DNA of 64,000 nt. Origin: Bigelowiella natans CCMP2755 (lineage: Eukaryota > Protista > Cercozoa). The DNA lies in NCBI GenBank assembly GCA_000320545.1, contig ADNK01000503.1, positions 186,001 to 250,000 of the forward strand, read 5' to 3'. A model generated the notes under the pieces. The model saw only the letters and a program-made list of their open reading frames with translations. It did no database searches and had not been told where the DNA came from. The translations under genes were made by a program, and so were the position numbers. Below, in pieces: positions 56,501 through 64,000 of the stretch. Each line of letters starts with the position of its first letter. Positions within the stretch are counted from its first letter, which is position 1.

Positions 56501-57092
56501 TGAGGCAACTGAAACATCTTCACTTGGATGGCAAATTCAGAGCATTGGTGAACGTATCTCTGAAAAGAGGCAAAACCAACTACGAATACGCCTCAGTACG
56601 TCACTGCTTCAATTGAAAAAAGAAAAAGCTGAATTCATCTCTATTGCTGATAAAAGTACACGAAAGGACAAATTGAACTGTCTTCAAGAACAAATAAACC
56701 AGTCAATTCAAAAACTAAAGAATAAATTCAATCTGGCAGAAGCTGCGAAGCAACGATATTACCAAGAACTAGCTAGCATCAAGGTTGCAATAACTTAATC
56801 TGTAGTCACCAAGAGTCATATTTAAAACATTGTATTAAACATCCAACTTTGTGTTCTTCAGGCTAACATGGAAAGTCAGTTCGAGGTTTTTCTTGAAGAA
56901 CAGTCCAATTCGGATACCATGACAGGATTACAAGAGAACTACAAAATCTTACTTTCTAAATTTAAAAAATTCGCAGATCAATTGAAATGTTCCTTTACGA
57001 GATCAAAAAAAAAAAACGATTGTGATTCTTCCGAGTATGATCGTTCAACAATCTCAAAATTCCAAAGGTTTTTGTCACAGCTAAACGATTAG
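53578..57092 (+). CDS. SYCP2/Red1/Rec10/ASY3-like meiotic chromosome-axis protein (putative)
   Basis: Helical N-terminus ending ACNFLSYLNSKEEQRSSVISRTV..ILNFSTDSF, resembling the SYCP2 ARM-to-PH junction. Then RRQSIA, a basic disordered region with RLRNKKAMSYADPESDED, and a C-terminal coiled coil. Confidence 0.6.
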
Positions 57093-57099
57093 TGTCGAA

Positions 57100-58100
57100 G
57101 CAATGAAGCATGAATTTGTTGTGGCAAAAGACGCCTAGTCGTGTGGGAGAATGATGGGACCCATGTACTCATGATCACATGAAAACAAGCAGTGTGCATG
57201 ATGTTGTGCGCGGCGTGTGTGGCGCGTGATGTGGGTGCATCTGGTCGATCATGATGGAACTAGAAGTGTGCTTGCGTTGTTGCTAGCTAGCTAGCTAGCT
57301 CGTTGCAGCGTGCGGTGCATGTGTGTCTGTGAACCTTTCCCGCATGCATGTCTAGATGCTTGTGTGCGTGTGTGTTCAAAACACGTTGCCACGCAGCAGC
57401 TAGAAAGGCATGTGCTACATCAGACGGGAGACTGCAAAGATTGATCTCATCAACAGTCAAATCTGGAAATTCATGTGTGCCGGCTAGCCGGGTGCAGCTG
57501 CACTGCATGCTGGTCAACCACACAGCGGTGCATGCTGGCATGACATGATTGATGACAGCGACGCAATGCATCTACTCCAACTAGGAATCTCCACTTGGCA
57601 TTGATTGACACAAGTGTGAGACAGATCTAGCTAGCTAGAGATGCAATGAAGTGTCCTAACATTTTGCAAGCACCACATGCTAGCTAGCATGCACATTGAT
57701 CTCAAACAGCGTCAATTGAAGCTGTGCATTCCAGCATTTCATGGATCCTAGGGATCGACATGTTGGCGCTAAGGTTGCGCATGCGGCGGTGACCGTGCAA
57801 AATCTGTTAGAGACACGTGTAAATACTGAATGTGCATGCACTTTGTCTCTTGCCTTGTGACACGTGCATGTGCTAAATGTGTGCTAGATTTGCACACTTT
57901 GTCTCTTACATCTGCAACAAATTCTGTCTCTATGTCTTGCTATAGCTTGCGCTGCAATTCAATTTGTCTCAACAAATGCGCATATTAACTGTGTGTGTAG
58001 TCGGCATTGTCTTGTGCAAGCTAATGGCAATTGCATTCTACTGCGATGCATGATCATGCTAAGCCCTGCTCCGCACACACCAACCACGTGCAATTGATGA
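57100..58100. other. TpA-erased, CTAG-retaining island with repeated TGTCTC/GAGACA words (degenerate repeat relic)
   Basis: About 9 of 11 TA dinucleotides in 57101-57570 are in CTAG. TGTCTC occurs at about 57844, 57900, 57925 and 57965. Confidence 0.8.
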
Positions 58101-58914
58101 AGTGAAGACCACAATAACTCTACATCAGAGAAAAGTGGGTATAACGTACGATTTACTACGATATCATGCACAATGAGTCATCCTCTGCAGCTTCAATTTC
58201 ACCCATCATCGCACCAAATTTAATGTCCATTTTTATCCATCTGTTGATTGATTGGAGACACACGACGATTCAATGATACATATTACGTAGTGGAAAATCC
58301 TGCTGTAATATATGACGATTATTGTGTTGGTGGATACCTTGCCACTGTGTCTGCTGTCCTGCGCTTAAGCGGTAAAAGGCACGCTATGGCCTGGAAACCG
58401 AAACTACCACGATCCCCCAGCATGTCGCCATCTTATTCAAGATAATAATGAAATCAAAATTGAATTGCAATCTAGCACAAACAAGTAAGCAGTGACGGCA
58501 CAGAGAAAGAACTTTCACGCTCGTTTCTATCAATGTTATTTTAAATATTCACGTACGAATTTCTAATCAAAGTAATGAAAATCAACAGCAAGAACGCCAA
58601 TGATTCTCATTCCGCGATAGAGCGAACAAAATCATTGGCGTGCTCAGTATTAAAGGTTTGAGGAAAAAATATTAGATTCAGTTGCTTGCAAAGTTTTGTG
58701 GAGGGAAGTATGAACCATCATCGGAGTTCAAATCATAGTTTAAAACGATAATCACTTCACTAAGAATAGTTTAACTTTAATCACTTCCCTTCTAGGTCTT
58801 TGTGCAACGAATACAAAATAAACTAATTTCCACCAGCCCTCACAACGTTCGAGTCCGTCAAATCCTCTTTCTCTTCTTCTGTAGAGTCTAATTATGATCT
58901 TTCTAATCATCTTG

Positions 58915-60639
58915 TCAACCAGATTGTGATGCATCGAGTTCCTCTCTAATCGCTCGTCTCCATTCTTCAATATGTTCCTTTAAGTCATAGTATTCGGTAA
59001 GTAGGTTTTGGGTGCTTCTTCCAGTTTAAGAATGGATCACGATGGCGCAGGTTCTCTTCTCCCATCCCCAACAAATGTGTTGCTACTACTTACTACTACT
59101 ACTACTACCTGAAGTTCGTTGAGCAGTTGTTGGCCTTTTGCGACCAATGCCTCAGCTTCTGTGAGATATATAACATGGTTCTTAACAACACGCATAAAGG
59201 CAGCGCCTACAGACAATAATTCGCTGTACGTTTCTTTGAGGCTGATATGCTGCTGTGAGAGAAGGACCCACTATCTGGCTCAACTTCCATGTCTACGATA
59301 TGATGATGATGGTGATGATGATGATGAGGATGATGATAATGACAACGATAATGATGATAATCACCAACAAAGTTTTATCAAGACCACACTGTAGTTTTAA
59401 CATTAGTTGATACATTACTGTTCCCTCCCTCCCTTCCTCCCTTCCTCCTCCACCATGCCCCTCCCTTATGTGGCACACTTCTTGGGCTAAGCTCTGTTAG
59501 ATGCTCTTCTAATTTGTTCTCCTCCGCCTTTCCATCCTTGAGCTGTTGCTGAATTAAAACGGAAGATAAGGTCCGCAGAAAGCAGAAAGGGTAAGAGAAT
59601 TAAGACGAATAATGGGGAGAAATCGATTTTTTCAAGTTTGAAATCAATATGATCTTTATTGTGGTAATAACGATCAACATGGTGATATATTATTACGACA
59701 AATGACGATACGCTTTCTAGAACATCAAAACAAATATTTGCTCAGATGTAAAAACCATGGATAATAAAATACTGGATGAGACATAAGCATTTGGTACATA
59801 CGTCTGCGCGGTTAAGCAAAGTCTTTGTTCGCAGCATCGTCTGCAAAACCTGATCGGGGGCAATTGTACGGTAAATTTCACAATCGAAAGAATATTAGGA
59901 TTCATTTCAGTGCACGCATCTTTACTACGTAAAAAAGAGATATGTACCATTCATTACCTTTTGACAGGAAGGAACTTGTAAAGAGAGCTTCTTTGGATTA
60001 TTCTCGATGTCCTGCATCAGAGCCAAAAGGGCTCCAACCTATGTAGTAGGGGTGAAGAACGCACAATACACGGGAACGAGAAAGATATGAGGAAGATGAG
60101 AATTAAAAACATTTTTTCATGGATACTAATAACTATGGTGCGAGTGATCGCCACTACCTTCCTTGTTGTGCCCGGAAACCTTTTGGATTTGTAGCCTTTT
60201 ACCTTATCTGCGGCAGTAACAGTGGTATCGTCAATAACCCCATTCTACAATGTCATTATGTCTTCATTGATTATTCACACTACCTTGATCTTCTTTCTCA
60301 TGTGTTTGGTCAATATTGTATTCCTTTTTTTCCTCATCATGCTCCTTCTTGTCGTTTTTAACTTCTTCACCATCATCGATTGACCGTATCTTTACTCCTC
60401 CGTCCCCCTGAGAGCTGTTTTCAGGTATATTTAACGACGATGACTGAGATGCACATAGGTCATCATCATCTTTGATGACTGCGTCGTTCCCACAAGCCGA
60501 TCGTTCGATTTTACGAGGAGTATCTCCAAAGTCAAGGTGACTGGGATCAGAGCGATCAATCTCTTCTGCTACAGAGTCCCATATGTCAGGTTTTTCTTCT
60601 TCCACTGTCTTCACATATTTGTGCATCGCCTGAATAAAT

Positions 60640-60674
<35 letters not shown>

Positions 60675-61264
60675 TCCATGTGGTATGGCGGTGCTTGGTA
60701 TGCATGCAGCATTCTTCATGTTTAGTAGCAACCTCCATTTTGCCCATGCCCTTAAGTGCTGACCAGCACTTCCATTTCGCGTATTCGGTCACGTGCCACA
60801 TAGAGGGCTGATGATGAAAAATCATCGTTTCAGAATAAATAATCCAACACTTACCAACTGAATTCGTATGCAGCAACACTCATCACCTGTTCCATGCTAC
60901 AGTCGCCCTCCGTAGCTTGTTTGTAGAGTGTATAGAGCATCAGCAAACCTGTAACGGGATTATTGATACTGAATGATGTTTTCTTTAGGGCAGCAGTGTC
61001 GTGAGTTATGCCTACTTAAGACGATTTGTACCATCATTGGACATTGAGATTCCTTCGTGCGTTGGAGCTTTGGCTGCCTGTGTAGTGAAGCGCAAGGTTC
61101 TTGAGAGTATGCGTGAATTACTGGGGTTTCTCAAAATGTTCCGCTAGAATAGGAGGAAATCCGTCCGAGGAAGAAGTCGTTAATGATTTTTGTGGTTAAA
61201 CGTCACAGCTCACCAAACTTACTACTACCTTGGAGACGAACTCAAATCGCTGAGGATATTGCAT
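58915..61264 (-). CDS. Acyl-CoA-binding domain protein with acidic linker and helical/coiled-coil C-terminus
   Basis: MQYPQRFEF...LLMLYTLYKQATEGDC...KWKCWSALKGMGKMEAMHKYVKTVEE across five exons. A further short 3' exon (to about 58824) is possible. Confidence 0.85.
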
Positions 61265-61589
61265 AAGGGAGGCCTGCCGGCTAGCCGTTTTCATAACGCC
61301 GGCCATGGCTTTAATGTAAGCCCCTCTTGCAATGGATCTCAGCCAGTTCCAACCCCCCCTGACGTTCTGTGTACTAATCTGAGGAGGGAGATGACGTGTT
61401 CTGATTGTTGCCTAATTGTTGTCCGCCAAGCCCAAAAATCACATCTATTTTCCTTGGAATCTGCCTATTTCAACTGTCACAACTGTAAAATAGATCAATT
61501 TTATGATGTGTTCCTTCGTAAGTTTTGCTCATTGTTGTTGTTGTTGTTGTTGTTTTATTACTGTTGTGTGGATGATCATTTCGCGTCAG

Positions 61590-62757
61590 CTGAGCGGACA
61601 AAATTTTCTTCTTGATATTTCCAATGCCATCCATACCGAACGACTACTTTTACACCTTGTCGTAGCTGTCGATCGGAGAGCATTATCATCGCATAATAGG
61701 AAGGAAAGAGAGCGATCATTTAGTTTGCCCTGGTGGATAACTATACATTCATTTATCAACGGACAAAGAAGGAGGAGGAGGGTGGAGGCTGGCGTTGATA
61801 AACTCTGGAAACAGATTCGATATTCGACGGTGATGGGATTGCAGAAAGGATGCCAGGGAGTGGAACACAAAGTAGTCCTCTTCCTCCTTGTCGTCACGGG
61901 CCTTTCTCCCCCCCCAATCTGCCCCTTCTGTCTTGTGGCTGCCACGGACTCTGAATCCCAGCCGATATCGTTCGGCGAGTGTCTCTCGCTGGATCCAAGC
62001 TACTCTGAACTTGTACACAGTGACTATGATAATGATGCTGTGTGGTGACGAATACGACAACGATGATGATGATGATGATGATGACGACGACAATGATGTA
62101 GACAAGTATTGTCATACTCTAATTTTGCTTTTTTATGCAAGATCTACCGCAATCTTACATGCGCCATTGAGGCTTATCCACACTACTACTCGGCTGCAAA
62201 CGCTCCAAAGCCGTCGGCTGATGGATCAGTTTGCACCTTGCGCCATTGTAATGCCTCAAGCGAACATTTGAAGGAACAGGTGCTAACAATTTCGATCGTC
62301 AATGCCCGTGATATAACAAAGTTTTGCAACGTAAATGCGATACATTTTGGTTTTCTAACAAGATCATAATTCACAAAAGCAAGATTGCTTAACGATAGAA
62401 GTCTCTTGGTTTCTGGTTTTAGTTTCCAGACAAATTTAAGGGCCATCTCGAAAGGCTGGGCAATCAGGTCATTATTATTAGATTTTATTATTAGTATTAG
62501 AAACTTTCTTCTAATTACCATACCCTATTATTTTCATAAGTTACTGTTCTGATCTTTTATCTTTCGCACACTTGCAAATCATATGTTTATTTTGAAAACA
62601 TCATGATGTTTCTTTCCGTGAGAATGCTATCGCCCATTATCGGAGGAGAAAGTCATAGGTGTTTTTTCTTCATGGGCCTCATCAGAGGTTGCTCACTGTT
62701 GTTGTTGTTGTTGTTGTGGTTGTTGTTGTTGTTGTTGTTGTTGTATTGTGTTATCGG

Positions 62758-62794
<37 letters not shown>

Positions 62795-64000
62795 TCTCTC
62801 TCCGTTTCTCTCTCTCTCTATGTGTGTGTGTGGGTTTTTCACTCTCTCCTCTAGGGCCAACCAAAACTAGAGATCGAAGAAATACAAGGTTGTTTGGAAG
62901 GACCCGAGTTTTTAAAAAGGTACTTCTAACTATGATCCATCATATACTCAACGTTTTGCACGTGCGAAGTAATAGCACATTCATAATTACGTTAAAAAAC
63001 AATTTAAAGCTACGTGTACGCAAACAAGCCGGTGGTGATGCGCGGATGCGGTAAAGCCCTGAGCATTTTGGAAAAGTGGAGCGATGAATACTTGCTGAAG
63101 AAGGAGGCTCTAGCGTACTGGAGACCTTTTGTTGAAGAACATCATCCGGTAAGAAGAAGCTTTCGGATAAGACAAATAATGGGTTCAATGTTTTTCCGTG
63201 TCCTACTCCTCAGAAACTCAATTTCTTCCTTTTTCTGAAACTCTCTTTCCACTCCTTTATCACTGTTATTACGTCCTGTCGCCCTGGATCAACAAATGGA
63301 ATTTCGAGAGAAGAAGGAAAACGGTGTCGGAGCATTAAACGTGCCGTATACTTTCATGTCCATGCATACCTTTCTCGCCAAATATCGTGAAGGCATCCCA
63401 CTAAAGATGGAGCAAGTTATTGACATTGAGGAATTGCAGTCAGTACATCTAAACACCCAAAGCAAATCATGCTAACGAAGCAAGCTTAAAACAAGAAACA
63501 TGCTTAATTGCTGCTATGAGCTTGGATCTTTGGATAGAGATGAATAAAAACTTACTATCAATTAGAGAGGAGATACAAATCTTGCCACCGCTCCGATGTG
63601 CTCGCACCTTGAGGCAACTTGGAGACTTCAAGCTTTGGTACTCGCTCACTGCGATCTCCGGATTACTACGTTTCCTTCTATTTTCACCACACCTTGTAAT
63701 TAATGCAACTGGATTATAAAAGCTAAAGTTGTCATTGTTTTTTGAGTGATCATTCTTCGGTCCTTCTGATACAAATATTGGAACAACGACTGGTGGTACT
63801 GGTGCTGCCGCTATGTTACACCTACACAGGTTCAGCAGCGGGGGAATAGAGGAGAAAATGATGCACACGACAAAAGATGTGCTTAGGATGATCTTGGATG
63901 GTGAGGAGGAGGTAAAGAGAAGGAGGAAGAAGAGAAAAAGGAGAAAGATAGTTATTATCATCACCATTATTAGTATGATCGTTTTCATCGTTATTTCATA
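61590..64000 (+). CDS. Partial cupin-8/JMJD7-TYW5-like JmjC protein; 5' start uncertain, runs off the window end
   Basis: EFLKSYVYANKPVVMRG...KWSDEYL, MSMHTFLAKY, EEIQILPPLRC and KLW|FSSGG. Confidence 0.7.

Noticed and set aside
1-64000. CRISPR arrays, rRNA/tRNA genes, autonomous transposons
   Set aside because: No repeat-spacer arrays, recognisable structural RNA motifs or transposase/RT domains were found by eye.

Overview
Gene-dense eukaryotic nuclear DNA with the standard genetic code and GT-AG introns. Genes have many short exons, and most introns are filled with microsatellites. The gene mix suggests a non-fungal protist or alga (possibly SAR), but the taxon cannot be established from this window. 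Most ORFs in the supplied track are microsatellite artefacts, so I assembled gene models by hand-splicing exons. In order: a partial unknown gene (-), MFS transporter (+), flavin amine oxidase (-), Zn2Cys6 factor (-), RNF141-like RING protein with an inserted ZZ finger (+), mannitol 2-dehydrogenase fused to two EF-hands (-), Gle1-like protein with a long N-terminal extension (+), five-finger C2H2 factor (-), large KDM6-like JmjC protein (+), SYCP2/Red1-like meiotic axis protein (+), ACBP/coiled-coil protein (-), and a partial cupin-8 JmjC protein (+). The most striking non-genic signal is a set of islands downstream of gene 3' ends. In these, TpA is almost erased, survives mainly as CTAG, and appears converted to TpG/CpA. 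This suggests a targeted A:T>G:C 'reverse-RIP'-like mutational process. Exon boundaries, family assignments and counts are by eye and memory and need computational confirmation.
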